A stretch of 64,000 bases of DNA from an uncultured Verrucomicrobiae bacterium (GTDB taxonomy: Bacteria > Verrucomicrobiota > Verrucomicrobiia > Palsa-1439), in assembly GCA_963812605.1 (NCBI GenBank), contig CAWEWF010000005.1, positions 96,001-160,000 on the forward strand. Reading direction: 5' to 3'. Position 1 is the first letter of the stretch, and each line of letters opens with the position of its first letter. Made by a program: the position numbers and the translations under genes. Below are positions 31,390 to 41,908 of this stretch, in pieces. The notes beneath the pieces were generated by a model. The model saw only the letters and a list, made by a program, of their open reading frames with translations, did not search any database and was not told the DNA's origin.

Positions 31390-32382
31390 CTACCGGGGGC
31401 CAAGCCAGCGATCAAACCATTCCTGACTTCTGAGGGCAACCACACCGTTCCGGTCGCGTGAGATGGAATCGTGGTCCTCGCCGTCGAGCAAAACCAGTTC
31501 ACTGTGATCGCGCGAGGCGGTGTGAAGCGCCTCGCTGTCATGGTAGGAAATTTTCTTGTCAGCCCTGCCGTGGATCAGCAACACATGTGCGTCTGTTTTC
31601 GCGATGGCCAGCAACGGGTTGGCGTCTTGGGGATTAAAGCCAGCCTCTCTACCGGCGCTTGCGATTGCCCTCTCGATGAAATCATCACTTAACCACCACC
31701 GGGGGAAGAACCGTCTGGCGTAGTGAAACACTTCGTCATGCATGGTCGCGAAAGGTGCCACGGCGACCACTGCCCGAACGCGCGAATCAGCCCCGGCCAG
31801 CATGATTGCCGACGCGCCACCCAGTGATATGCCAAACGCGCCGACAGGCTTCACCAACAGTTGCTGCTGTTGCAACGCATCCAGCAGTTGTACGAGGTCG
31901 CGCGATTCAATCGCGCCATAGGTCACCCATTGCCCACTGGAGCGCCCGTGGGCGCGACTATCTACGAGCACCGCACGGTAGCCTCTTGCCGCGAGTGATT
32001 TCGCTGTGCTCAACATGGAAGTTTTTTGGTCTTGGATGCCGTGTAAGACCAGAAGTGTCCCGCGTGGCGCGGCGTCCCGCATTTCCGATCGATTGATAGG
32101 CTCAATAATCCACACGGAGAGGGAAGCGGGTGGTGGGCCGACATTGACTCGCAACTGACGATCGATGCCCAGACGGCGCAATCCGTCAGCTCCCAAATCG
32201 TCTGCGGGATTGATGCTCTTGTCGGTGTTGGGCGCATAGATGATCGCTCGCGGCATCGAGGCGCGAAAGTTGGTTAAGACAACGTATGCGATGACCAATG
32301 CGATGACCAAAATCGTGCCCGCAAGAGCCACGGCCAAAACCCACCACTTTGATCGGGCAAGGGTGGAACGAAGCGGAAGCAT
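31390..32382 (-). CDS. Membrane-anchored alpha/beta hydrolase
   Basis: VLHG, DSRAHGRS, GISLGG nucleophile elbow, IHGRAD, EDHD. Confidence 0.88.
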   Translation of the reverse strand: MLPLRSTLARSKWWVLAVALAGTILVIALVIAYVVLTNFRASMPRAIIYAPNTDKSINPADDLGADGLRRLGIDRQLRVNVGPPPASLSVWIIEPINRSEMRDAAPRGTLLVLHGIQDQKTSMLSTAKSLAARGYRAVLVDSRAHGRSSGQWVTYGAIESRDLVQLLDALQQQQLLVKPVGAFGISLGGASAIMLAGADSRVRAVVAVAPFATMHDEVFHYARRFFPRWWLSDDFIERAIASAGREAGFNPQDANPLLAIAKTDAHVLLIHGRADKKISYHDSEALHTASRDHSELVLLDGEDHDSISRDRNGVVALRSQEWFDRWLGPR

Positions 32383-32392
32383 CTTCCGACCA

Positions 32393-32865
32393 TCAAGCGT
32401 GCTTGCCGCCGTGCAGCACGTCCAGCGCATGCGGGATGGCGTCGGCGACAAATTCGAGGCACTCCACCGCGCCCTTGGGGCTGCCGGGGAGGCATATCAC
32501 GAGCGACTTGCCGATGACAGCGGCGAGGCTGCGTGACAGGATGGCGTGAGGGAAACGCTCGAAACTTTTCGCGCGCATTACCTCGCCAAAGCCGGGTAAC
32601 TCTTTCGTGGCGATTTCGCGAATGGCCTCGGGCGTAACGTCGCGCTCGGCAATGCCGGTGCCGCCGGTGAGCAGGATGAGCAAGCAGGTCTTCGAGAGTT
32701 CGAGCGTCTTATCGCCGATGAGAGCCTCTTCATCCGGCACGATGGCCTGTGCGGTGATTTGCCAGCCGAGCTTTTCGCAGAACTGTTTCAGCGCGGGGCC
32801 GCTTTTGTCCTCGTATTGGCCGCGGGAGGCGCGGTCGCTCACGGTGATGATGCCGAGGTAATCAT
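32393..32865 (-). CDS. mog: Molybdopterin adenylyltransferase MogA/MoaB (1-bp deletion just after start)
   Basis: TVSDRAS, TGGTG..RDVTPEA, LPGSPKG. Confidence 0.9.
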
Positions 32866-32870
32866 TCCGC

Positions 32871-33323
32871 TCAGGGTGACAATTTGCGTTTGCTGACCAG
32901 TTTGATTTCGCCGATGACCATTTCTTTGTCCACGGCTTTGCACATATCGTAAATCGTCAACGCGGTGACAGCGACCGCGGTGAGCGCTTCCATCTCGACG
33001 CCGGTTTGCGCGGCGATTTTGGCGGTGGCAGTGATCTCCATGCGGTCGCGCTTTGGCCGCAGATCAACGTCGATATGTGAGAGGTTCAGCGGATGGCAGA
33101 GCGGGATCAATTCGCTCGTGCGCTTCGCTGCCTGGATCCCGGCGAGGCGGGCCGTGGACATCACGTCTCCTTTGGCAATTTGGTTGGCGAAGATCAGCGC
33201 GAGCGTCTTGCGTTGCAGAAAGATCGCCCCGCGCGCGACCGCTTCGCGCTGTTGGACCGGCTTGGCGGACACGTCTACCATTCGCGCTTTGCCCTGCTGA
33301 TCGACGTGGGTAAGTTTCTTCAT
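32871..33323 (-). CDS. moaC: Cyclic pyranopterin monophosphate synthase
   Basis: MVDVSAK, LIPLCHPL, TGVEMEAL, IYDMCKAVD. Confidence 0.97.
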   Translation of the reverse strand: MKKLTHVDQQGKARMVDVSAKPVQQREAVARGAIFLQRKTLALIFANQIAKGDVMSTARLAGIQAAKRTSELIPLCHPLNLSHIDVDLRPKRDRMEITATAKIAAQTGVEMEALTAVAVTALTIYDMCKAVDKEMVIGEIKLVSKRKLSP

Positions 33324-34333
33324 CCGCCGATGGCGATCATTTTGCGGCCGGGAACGTAGTTGTTGCGGAACTCATGCTCCTCGGGCTTGTTGCGGATCGT
33401 CTGCACGAACACTTCGCGCAGTTTGGCGTCGCTGCTGTCCGCCGCGCGCAATACCGGTTTCAAATCGTATTCCAGGTGCGCGCCGAGACAGGGACGCAAC
33501 TTTCCGTCGGCGGTGAGCCGCACCTTGTTGCAGGTTTCGCAAAAGTGGAGGTTGGTCATCGCGCCGATGAAGCCCAGACGCACGGGCTGGCCGCGGTGGT
33601 TGAGCAAACCGCTGACTTCGTAATACTCCGCCGGCCCGCTGCCCTTGATCTCGCTCGGGGGCTCGGGCAGCGGAATGAGTTCGTATCGCTGATTGATCTT
33701 GCGGCGGATGTGGCCGACCGAGATGAAGTTGTCGTCTGTGAGTACTTCATCCGTGCTGATGGGCATCAATTCGATGAAACGGAGTGTGACGGATTTCTCG
33801 CGCGCGAACTCAATCAGGTCGAACACCTCGTCGTCGTTTTTGCCTTTCATCAGCACCATGTTCAACTTCACTTGCGGGAATCCCGCGTCAATGGCGGCGT
33901 CGATGCCCGCGAGCACGTCGGCCAGTTGGCCGTTGCCGCTCAACTCGCGGTATTTTTCGGCGTCCAGCGTATCGAGGGAGATGTTGACCTTGTTGACCCC
34001 GTTCTCGCGAAGCTGGTGGACGAGGGGAGCGAGCAGCGTGCCGTTGGTGCTCAGGCCGATGTCCGTGACGCCTGGCAGTTTGTTCAATTCACCGATAAAT
34101 TCCGCGACGTTCCTGCGCACCAGCGGTTCACCGCCCGTGACACGAAATTTTGTAACGCCCAGCGAAGTGGCTACGCGCGCGATGCGCAGGATTTCCTCGT
34201 AGCTGAGGATTTGGCCCTTCGGCAACCACTCAATGGCGACATCGTGCGGCAGGCAGTAAGCGCACCGCTCGTTGCAGCGATCCGTCACGGAAATCCGCAT
34301 GTAGGTTACGATGTGCACGCCTGTCCCAACAAT
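33320..34333 (-). CDS. moaA: GTP 3',8-cyclase (start region probably indel-affected)
   Basis: RISVTDRCNERCAYC, TGGEPL, FCETCNKVRLT, C-terminal IGG. Confidence 0.95.
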   Translation of the reverse strand: MVGTGVHIVTYMRISVTDRCNERCAYCLPHDVAIEWLPKGQILSYEEILRIARVATSLGVTKFRVTGGEPLVRRNVAEFIGELNKLPGVTDIGLSTNGTLLAPLVHQLRENGVNKVNISLDTLDAEKYRELSGNGQLADVLAGIDAAIDAGFPQVKLNMVLMKGKNDDEVFDLIEFAREKSVTLRFIELMPISTDEVLTDDNFISVGHIRRKINQRYELIPLPEPPSEIKGSGPAEYYEVSGLLNHRGQPVRLGFIGAMTNLHFCETCNKVRLTADGKLRPCLGAHLEYDLKPVLRAADSSDAKLREVFVQTIRNKPEEHEFRNNYVPGRKMIAIGG

Positions 34334-34433
34334 ACGAGGTGCCCGCATCCGCCGCAAGCCCCGAAGCGGTTCGGGACAAGCCGAGGCGGGCAAGCGGATT
34401 GACTTTGGTTGGGGGGCTTATATCCTGCGGCTT

Positions 34434-35509
34434 ATGCGGCGAGCATTCCTTTGGGCGGCGATTGGCACTGCTGGCGGCCGGTTGCGCTACTGATCCGTAC
34501 TCGAAATTGGAGACGGCGACGCCGACACTTTCGTCCGCACAGATCGCTGAATTGGAGAAGAGCGCAAAGACACCGGAGGAACTCGGCATTCAAATGCAGG
34601 TCACGGAGCGTTCGGCCGCTTTTGCCGGGGTCAATGTCGTCGAGGCGTCTGAGAACGTGACGGTGCCGCTGGTGGAGATTCCGACGGACAGGCCATATGA
34701 AAGCGGGGGACTTTATCGAGCGCCAGTTGTTCTCGCGACCGTCAACGGCAAGACCGATGTGCGGCTCCTTCTCGACAGCGGCAGCAACCGCAATCTTTTC
34801 GGTTACACGCTCGCGCGCAGTCTCGGAATTCCCACCGATCGCCGGCCTGAAACCGATGACGGGGTACGGTATCGGCGGCGCGGTGGACAATTATGGGGCT
34901 CTCGTTCCGACGATGCAGATTGGTTCCATCGGATTGCAGAAGACGGTGGCGATCATCGGCCCGGACGCGCAAGTGCTGGGCGTCACGCGCGGTTCACAAG
35001 TGATGCTGCTCGGCGTCAATGCGCTGCGCCGCCTGTCGTATCTCACCATCGACTACCTTCATGGCAATGTCGTTTTCGGCGCGCGCGATGCCTATCTGCC
35101 CGACGACACGCTGCCGTTCCTGACGACAGCGCCGCTCCAGTGGCTGGGCGACCTGCCAGCGGTGGATATTTCCATTGATGGACGCAATCCGGTCACGTGC
35201 ATTCTCGACACGGGCGGCGATTACGGGATGCTGGTGCCACGGCTGCGCGCCATTGAACTGGATTATTGGAAACCGGGAAAGAAAGACCCGCTCTCGATTC
35301 CCGGCGGAGTTGGCGGAGCTTCGCTGGCTACGAGTTACGTAATCAAACAGGCGAAGGTCGGCGATGCGACTTTCACGCGCATTCCCGGGCGCACGGTCGT
35401 GATCGGGCCGGAAGCTGCCGGCGGACAACTTTTCCTGGGCAACGCCGTCTTGCGCCGCTATCGCGTCACGTTCGATTTCAAGCACAACACGCTGTGGTTG
35501 GAGCGTTGA
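34434..35509 (+). CDS. Lipoprotein with tandem retropepsin-like aspartyl protease domains (indels ~34461, ~34834)
   Basis: MRRAFLWAA/LALLAAGC lipobox; LLDSGS and ILDTGG motifs; LLGVNAL and FLGNAVL; TTGACT-N16-TATCCT upstream. Confidence 0.8.
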
Positions 35510-35544
35510 AAGTTGGGAGTTTTGGCCTATACTGACGGTTTCCG

Positions 35545-36615
35545 ATGAGTGGTACGAAATCCAGAATCTGTGTCGGCATGAGCGGAGGTGTGGACTCCAG
35601 CGTGGCGGCTTATCTGTTGAAGAAGGAAGGCTACGATGTCATCGGCCTGACGTTTCGCGGCTGGCCGCAGGATTGCCGGTCCATCGAAGAAGATAAATGC
35701 TGCGGGCCACAGGCCGTTACGGACGCCCGCATGGTCGCACACTCGCTCGGCATCCCGTACTACGTCGTTGAGGAGATTGAAACTTTCCGCAGCGAAGTCA
35801 TGGATTACTTCGCCGCCGAGTACAAACGCGGCCGCACGCCCAATCCCTGTGTGATCTGCAACGAGAAGGTCAAATTCGGCTCGCTGCTGCGCAAGGCCCT
35901 CGCCCTTGGCGCGGAAGCCATCGCCACCGGTCATTACGCGCGCATCACACGGAACGGCCGGTACGAACTTCGTCGCGCCCGTGACGAGCGCAAAGACCAA
36001 ACTTATTTTTTGTTTTCGCTCAACCAGGACCAACTCGCCCGCGCCATGTTTCCCATCGGCGAGTTAACCAAGGAGCGGACCCGGGCCATCGCCAAAGAGA
36101 TTGGATTGAAGACTTACGGCAAGGAAGAGAGCCAGGAAGTTTGTTTCGTGCCGGAGAACGATTACCGGAAATTTCTTCGCGAGAGCGCGCAAGTGGCCGA
36201 CGCGAAGGGGGAGATTGTGACACGGGGAGGCCGGGTCCTCGGCTATCACAACGGCATCCACAATTTCACCATCGGCCAGCGGGAAGGTTTGAATCTGGGA
36301 GGTCAACCGCGTCCGCTCTACGTCATCGAACTTGGTGTGGCAAGCAACCGTGTCATCGTCGGTCCAGCCGAAGAACTGTTGCGGAGCGAATTTGAAGTGA
36401 GCAATTGCGTCTGGCATGGCGGTGAGCCTGATAGACCGTTGGAAATCACGGTCAAACCCCGGCATCAGCATCCGGGTTGCATGGCGACGGTCGTTGTGAC
36501 CGGTCAGGGCGCGGCGAAGGTATCGCTTGCTGAAGCGCAACGCGCCATCACGCCCGGTCAGGCCGCGGTGTTCTATCGTGACGATTTGGTGGTCGGCGGA
36601 GGATGGATTTGTTAA
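35545..36615 (+). CDS. mnmA: tRNA 2-thiouridine(34) synthase
   Basis: MSGGVDSS, TPNPCVICN, ATGHY, KDQTYFL, ESQEVCF, ITPGQAAVFY. Confidence 0.97.
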   Translation: MSGTKSRICVGMSGGVDSSVAAYLLKKEGYDVIGLTFRGWPQDCRSIEEDKCCGPQAVTDARMVAHSLGIPYYVVEEIETFRSEVMDYFAAEYKRGRTPNPCVICNEKVKFGSLLRKALALGAEAIATGHYARITRNGRYELRRARDERKDQTYFLFSLNQDQLARAMFPIGELTKERTRAIAKEIGLKTYGKEESQEVCFVPENDYRKFLRESAQVADAKGEIVTRGGRVLGYHNGIHNFTIGQREGLNLGGQPRPLYVIELGVASNRVIVGPAEELLRSEFEVSNCVWHGGEPDRPLEITVKPRHQHPGCMATVVVTGQGAAKVSLAEAQRAITPGQAAVFYRDDLVVGGGWIC

Positions 36616-36643
36616 TCGCCTGAAGAGGCAAGAGGAAAGGTCT

Positions 36644-39600
36644 ATGGATACGAGAGGTTGCCGCACACGCAGGAGTGCAGGAGTAGCGCTTTTGCTGATT
36701 TCTTCGGTCATTTCCACTGGGGTTATTGCCGCTGATACGCCGAGTCTGCTGTTTTATGTTTCCGGAGAGAAGGGGACGACGGCCGATTTCTCGGCGGGCG
36801 GCACGCCGGAACCGAACTTCGATTCCGAGGTGACGCGTATTCCCGACGGCGCGAAAGGGGCGGCGCTCCGTTGTGGTGATCTTCAACGGCTTGCTTGGTG
36901 GGCTCCCGGCAACATCTACGCGCAACGCGGCACGCTTTCGTTTTTCTGGCGTTCGCGCTATCCCGTCGGGCCGACGGAGTTTCCCATCTTCCGCGTGGGT
37001 TATGCCGAGCACTCGAGTTGGGACATGGTTTTTCTGCGCATCGACTACAACGGACACGGCTTCGACGCGTTCGTGACCGACGCGAGCCTGGCGCGCACGC
37101 GGGTATCGGTGACGGTCGATCCGTTTCCCAAGCCCGAGGAGTGGGTGCATCTAGCGCTCGCGTGGGATGAGACGCGCGGCATTCGTTTCTATGTGAACGG
37201 CAAACTCGCTGCGACAAAGGAAACGACGGCGGTCTACAACGCCGCACTCGACCAATTCGGCCCGCACTCGCGCATTATCAGCCCGCACAACGTCCAGAGC
37301 GATTACAACTTCGTGCGCGGCGGCGACATCGACGAAATCCGTATTTACGACCGCATGCTTGACGACGCGGCCATGGTCACGCTTGCAAAGGGCGACGCGC
37401 CAACAGACCTCACGGCGTTGCTGGCCCGCAAACTTGACGATCCCCGCTGGCGCGACGAATGGTGGCTGCGCTACGGCTGGAACCGGGCCAGCGATCCGCC
37501 GCCGTATCTTGCCGACGCCGCGACGACAGTGCGCAAAGTCGAGATTCACGACGCCTATGACCTGAAGCGCTGGTGGTGGAAGGCGTGTGACGGCATTCGC
37601 GAGACGACCTGGCCCGGGGTTTACAACCGGTCGCGTTTGCCGGGGCGCAACGATTATTTTCAATTGCCCGACTGGGACTGCTACGTCCAATCCGGAAAAT
37701 CCATCACGTTCATCATGCCCGAGGAACCGTGGAACCATCTTGAGATTTCCGGCGCGGCGTGGGGCAAGATGGAATTACTGAAGCCGGATGCCGCGAATGA
37801 TGGCCCGGCGGAATCGGTGCTCTTCGAGCGTACCCAAGGGCAGGAAAAGACCGTTCACCATTTTGCGAAGTCCATCACCGGGCGCAAGATCCGTTTCACC
37901 AATGTCGAGCAGGAGGAACCCATTGGTGAACTCGTGGCTTACAACGTCACCACCGGACGCGAGCCGAAGGGCAGCACCAATCTGGTGTACCGCCTCACCG
38001 CCACCGCGCCGACCGATCACACACTGGATTCGCTCGTAACGTTCATCAACGGCCGCCATGCGCCGGATGAACGCGCGGTCATGGTAGCGCAGCCCATCGA
38101 AGCCCACTCCGCCCCGGCTATGGGTAATGCGGCACAGTCTCTGCCCCTCGTTCACATTCTTGTACCCGACACCTGGGACAATATCGAAGATGGACTCGAC
38201 GGCATTGTGATCGAATTGCCGGCGCTCAAGGTGAAGCCGACACACGGTGAGTTGTTCCCAATGAATATTCAGGTCAAGGACCCGCTCTGGCCGCTACGGA
38301 ACATGTTCGACTTCACGTTCAGCGTGAAACCCGGCGAAGCGCGGACGCTGTGGCTCGACCTGCGCGACCGGATCCTGTCGCCCGGCAAAAGTCTTTACCT
38401 CACCATTGCCGGCGCGGGCGGCGACTTTGGCCCGGCGTCACTTGACGGCGCGACACTGCGCCTCGTGTTCAAGCCCCGCGCGGAGGCGCGCGTTGAGCAT
38501 GTGATCGACCGCTTTACGCAAGTGAAGGATTGCTACGCGATGCTCGTGGAAGAACATCCACACAGCCCGAAGTACAATCTTTGGAACCGGTTCGAAACCG
38601 ACCTTACCGATCTCCTGCGGGTCGACCCGAACCATTTGCTGGGCCGCAAGTACGCCGCGATTGAATTAGGCCAGCCGGCGCCGTTGGTTCATCTTCCTCT
38701 ACCGCCAACCGGCGTGCCGCTGTGGGCCATTCGGCAGGTCGAACTGCTTGAGCGCGTGAAGAAGTTTGTGCTCTGGTATATCGACAATCGGCAGGTCGAA
38801 TACGGGGACTTTGGCGGCGGCATCTCCGACGACGTTGACCTGCTCAATACGTGGCCGGGCGTCGCGCTGATGGGCTGCGAGCCGGAGAAGATCGAAAAAT
38901 CGCTGCATGCATTGCTCGAGGCGGCATTCAATAACGGCATGTTCACGGAGGGTCTCCCGACCATTCAAGCCGACGAATTGCATAGCAACGAGGAAGGCAT
39001 TGGCTGCCTCAACGCGAACATGATCCTGGAGTACGGCAGTCCGCGCCAATTCGAGCGGGCCATGGTCACCGAACGCGGTGTCGCCGAGCTAACCGGCATC
39101 AACGCGGCAGGTCACCGCCACTTCCGCACGTCCTATTACAATGGCAAAAAGATGTCGACGGATGACCCGTGGGGTTACGCCAAGGCGTATTCCTATCTCG
39201 TGCTGGCGCCCGGTCAGATGCTTGTGGATTTCAACGGCAATCCGGCCACAAAAAAAATCGACCTCGAACTTGCCGACGGTCTGCTGGCGCACCGCCGCAA
39301 AGACGCCGAGGGCCATTGCTTCCTGCCCAGCGCGATCCATTTTGTGGACGACAAGGACAGCGTCGCTACGCGCGCGTATTTCCCCTGGCCGGTTTTCTGG
39401 AGCGCGTGGAAATGGACGGGCGACCGCAAGTACCTCGACCCAATTTTCGATGGCGGCACCACGTCGCTCATGCAGCTCAACGCCAACGCGCTGGATATCC
39501 TTGCTATCCGCGACACATGGGGACCGCGCATCACTTCGGGTGAAACTGGCCGGCCTGGCGAGTCGCGTCCGAAAGATGGCCGTGGCGCGGCGCGTTCCAC

Positions 39601-40459
39601 CAACTACCGCAATTCGAGCGTGGAGCACTTCACGTGGCAGGTGACCGGCGACAAATCGCAACTCGAGAAATTGTACACCGCGCAGATTGAGGAATGTGAG
39701 TTGCTTGAATACATCAACACGGAGGGCAGCTTGTGGATCGACCGCGTCGGCGTGCCCTACGCCGACTTGCAGCGCGCGCGGCTCGGTGGCATCGCGCTCG
39801 TACGGAACCACGAGTTCCCGGGCCACGCGGTCAGTTGGAAATTCGCGGCACCGGCGAACGAGCTGAGCGTCGCCATGCTGATTCCCAATGCCACGTCCAC
39901 GCGTTTCATGGTCATCGCCTACAACCTCGCGACCACGCCTGTGCGTGCCACCATGACCGGCTGGAACATCGACCCCGGCGTATGGGAAATCACGCAGGGA
40001 ATTGACACACAGGGCGATGACGCGGCCCACGAGTCGATAACTACCCGGACGAACACTTTCGAGCGGACCAGCAGCCTTGAATTCACGTTTGCGCCACGCG
40101 CGACCACGGTGCTCACGCTCAAGCTCAAGACGCCCGGCACGCCCTATTGGCAGCGCCCCGATCTGGGGCTCGACCGCGAAGACGTGCAGGTGCAGGGGCG
40201 CGAGGTACGCGTTCGAGTGCACAGCCTGGGTTCGGTGCCGTCGCCCGAAACCACAGTGGCCTTTCGCGATCGCACCGGCAAAATCATCGCCACGGGGAAA
40301 GTTGGCCCGCTGCCGGCGCCCGTTGATTTATATCCGAAGACGATGGATATCGTGCTGACGTTGCCGGAGGGCGCGGAGGCGACCGGCGGCGCGGTGGAGA
40401 TCGATCCTGACCACCGGATCGAGGAAATCACCCGGCTGAACAACGCCGTGAAGCTGTAA
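36644..40459 (+). CDS. Large secreted protein with N-terminal LamG-like jelly-roll and uncharacterised putative catalytic region
   Basis: Signal peptide; GTLSFFW, WVHLALAWD..FYVNG..IDEIRIYD; Trp/Asp/Glu-rich core; CARDB-like end (IDPDHRIEEITRLNN). Confidence 0.75.
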   Translation: MDTRGCRTRRSAGVALLLISSVISTGVIAADTPSLLFYVSGEKGTTADFSAGGTPEPNFDSEVTRIPDGAKGAALRCGDLQRLAWWAPGNIYAQRGTLSFFWRSRYPVGPTEFPIFRVGYAEHSSWDMVFLRIDYNGHGFDAFVTDASLARTRVSVTVDPFPKPEEWVHLALAWDETRGIRFYVNGKLAATKETTAVYNAALDQFGPHSRIISPHNVQSDYNFVRGGDIDEIRIYDRMLDDAAMVTLAKGDAPTDLTALLARKLDDPRWRDEWWLRYGWNRASDPPPYLADAATTVRKVEIHDAYDLKRWWWKACDGIRETTWPGVYNRSRLPGRNDYFQLPDWDCYVQSGKSITFIMPEEPWNHLEISGAAWGKMELLKPDAANDGPAESVLFERTQGQEKTVHHFAKSITGRKIRFTNVEQEEPIGELVAYNVTTGREPKGSTNLVYRLTATAPTDHTLDSLVTFINGRHAPDERAVMVAQPIEAHSAPAMGNAAQSLPLVHILVPDTWDNIEDGLDGIVIELPALKVKPTHGELFPMNIQVKDPLWPLRNMFDFTFSVKPGEARTLWLDLRDRILSPGKSLYLTIAGAGGDFGPASLDGATLRLVFKPRAEARVEHVIDRFTQVKDCYAMLVEEHPHSPKYNLWNRFETDLTDLLRVDPNHLLGRKYAAIELGQPAPLVHLPLPPTGVPLWAIRQVELLERVKKFVLWYIDNRQVEYGDFGGGISDDVDLLNTWPGVALMGCEPEKIEKSLHALLEAAFNNGMFTEGLPTIQADELHSNEEGIGCLNANMILEYGSPRQFERAMVTERGVAELTGINAAGHRHFRTSYYNGKKMSTDDPWGYAKAYSYLVLAPGQMLVDFNGNPATKKIDLELADGLLAHRRKDAEGHCFLPSAIHFVDDKDSVATRAYFPWPVFWSAWKWTGDRKYLDPIFDGGTTSLMQLNANALDILAIRDTWGPRITSGETGRPGESRPKDGRGAARSTNYRNSSVEHFTWQVTGDKSQLEKLYTAQIEECELLEYINTEGSLWIDRVGVPYADLQRARLGGIALVRNHEFPGHAVSWKFAAPANELSVAMLIPNATSTRFMVIAYNLATTPVRATMTGWNIDPGVWEITQGIDTQGDDAAHESITTRTNTFERTSSLEFTFAPRATTVLTLKLKTPGTPYWQRPDLGLDREDVQVQGREVRVRVHSLGSVPSPETTVAFRDRTGKIIATGKVGPLPAPVDLYPKTMDIVLTLPEGAEATGGAVEIDPDHRIEEITRLNNAVKL

Positions 40460-40472
40460 CGTCGGCGCCGTA

Positions 40473-41195
40473 CTACTTTTCCGGCACGTGCTGCAGGTCG
40501 TCGGGGCTGAGTGCCGTGGGACTGAAGCGGATTTCCTTGATGCCGCCCTTAAACCAATAGACGCGGTTGAGGCGCACGCCGAGCGACATGCGGCCGTCGG
40601 CCATCGGCGCAAAATCTACCGGGCCCTCCAGCTCCTTCACCCCATTGACGTAGTCGGCCATCGTTTTGCCGTCGTAAACCAGCGCGGCCCAGGCCCATTT
40701 CCCCGTCGGATGCCGCTTGGTGCGGTCGAGCAACGGGCGACTGCTGTCGCCGGAGCGCAAAAAGGTGTCCAAGCTCCACGACGTGCCGCCGATGAGACGG
40801 GTTTCGATCATGATCCGGCTGTCGCGCTCATCCTGGATATGCACGAAACGTTGCGCGGGCAAGCCATTGGCATCCGGTCGGAAAAGAACCTCAATCGTAA
40901 ACTTCGAAAACCCCCGGAGCGGATTGACCGGCAGAATGAGGCCGTCGCTCTTGCCATTGAACTGCAAGGCCGGTCCACCGTCGGCCGCGCCTGTGATTTG
41001 CGGCGCGCCGAGCAGGCGGGGACGATGGCCGCCGATTGACTCGGCATTGTCCAGCGTCCACACGATGGATGGTTGGGAATCTTCGGCGAAATTCTCCTCC
41101 GCTCGCAGTGTGGTCCCGATGCTGATAAAGATCGACAGTATGAGCAACAGGCCCAAGTGGCCGGCTTTTGAGTGTTTTTCCAGTTTCATGTTCAT
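40473..41195 (-). CDS. Secreted LamG/concanavalin A-like protein
   Basis: ALQFNG, FTIEVLF, WAWAALVYDG..YVNG, FKGGIKEIRF. Confidence 0.82.
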   Translation of the reverse strand: MNMKLEKHSKAGHLGLLLILSIFISIGTTLRAEENFAEDSQPSIVWTLDNAESIGGHRPRLLGAPQITGAADGGPALQFNGKSDGLILPVNPLRGFSKFTIEVLFRPDANGLPAQRFVHIQDERDSRIMIETRLIGGTSWSLDTFLRSGDSSRPLLDRTKRHPTGKWAWAALVYDGKTMADYVNGVKELEGPVDFAPMADGRMSLGVRLNRVYWFKGGIKEIRFSPTALSPDDLQHVPEK

Positions 41196-41335
41196 TTCCC
41201 GTCGCGGGCAATGATATGCATGCGGGACCGTCCTCGTCTAGGTTGGAGTGCGCGCATCATCCATCTTTATTGACGATATGCGCAATCGGCGTAGACTGCG
41301 CGGAGATTGGTCAACAAAACCCACAGGAGAATGTC

Positions 41336-41641
41336 ATGAGAATGCTTTTGGATATCACGATCCCACACGAACCATTCAATTCACTGCTTCGCAAGGGCGT
41401 AGCTGGCAAGAAGCTGGGCGAGATTTTGGAGGCGCTGAAGCCCGAGGCGGTTTACTTCAGCGAACACGACGGTAAACGTGGGGCGGTGGTCATCGTGGAC
41501 ATGGCTGATCCCTCGAAGATTCCCGCCATCGCGGAGCCATGGTTCCTGACCTTCAATGCCGACGTCAAATTCCGCGTTGCCATGACGCCCGACGACTTGA
41601 AAAAGGCCGGCCTCGACGAGGTTGGCAAGAAGTGGGCGTAG
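41336..41641 (+). CDS. Small conserved protein, GYD/DUF3303-like dimeric alpha-beta barrel
   Basis: KPEAVYF..GKRG..IPAIAEPWFLTFNA; AGGAG RBS. Confidence 0.7.
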   Translation: MRMLLDITIPHEPFNSLLRKGVAGKKLGEILEALKPEAVYFSEHDGKRGAVVIVDMADPSKIPAIAEPWFLTFNADVKFRVAMTPDDLKKAGLDEVGKKWA

Positions 41642-41656
41642 GGTTGTACAATTGAG

Positions 41657-41728
41657 CCCCTCACCTTAATCCTTTGCCGTATACGACAACGGCGTCTCGC
41701 GGACTCGGCTCCCCCCGGAGGGGAGAGG
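41657..41728. repeat. CCCCTCACC..GGGGAGAGG repeat with a 35-bp internal insertion
   Basis: Compare the empty copy at 54866-54901 and the copy at 43156-43257 with a 68-bp insert. Confidence 0.8.
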
Positions 41729-41908
41729 AATGCACCATAACGACGGCAAGCGGGACGCTCGCCCTGCTTGATTCTCTCATTTTGGCGAGGGCCGCAGTCA
41801 GCGCCCGCGGCTACAATGCCCCCTCTTCCCTTGGATGAGAGGTGATGTCGGTTTTCCACGTACAGCGCCCGGTTTGCGGGCGTGAGTGGCCCGGGCGGTC
41901 AGCGACTT

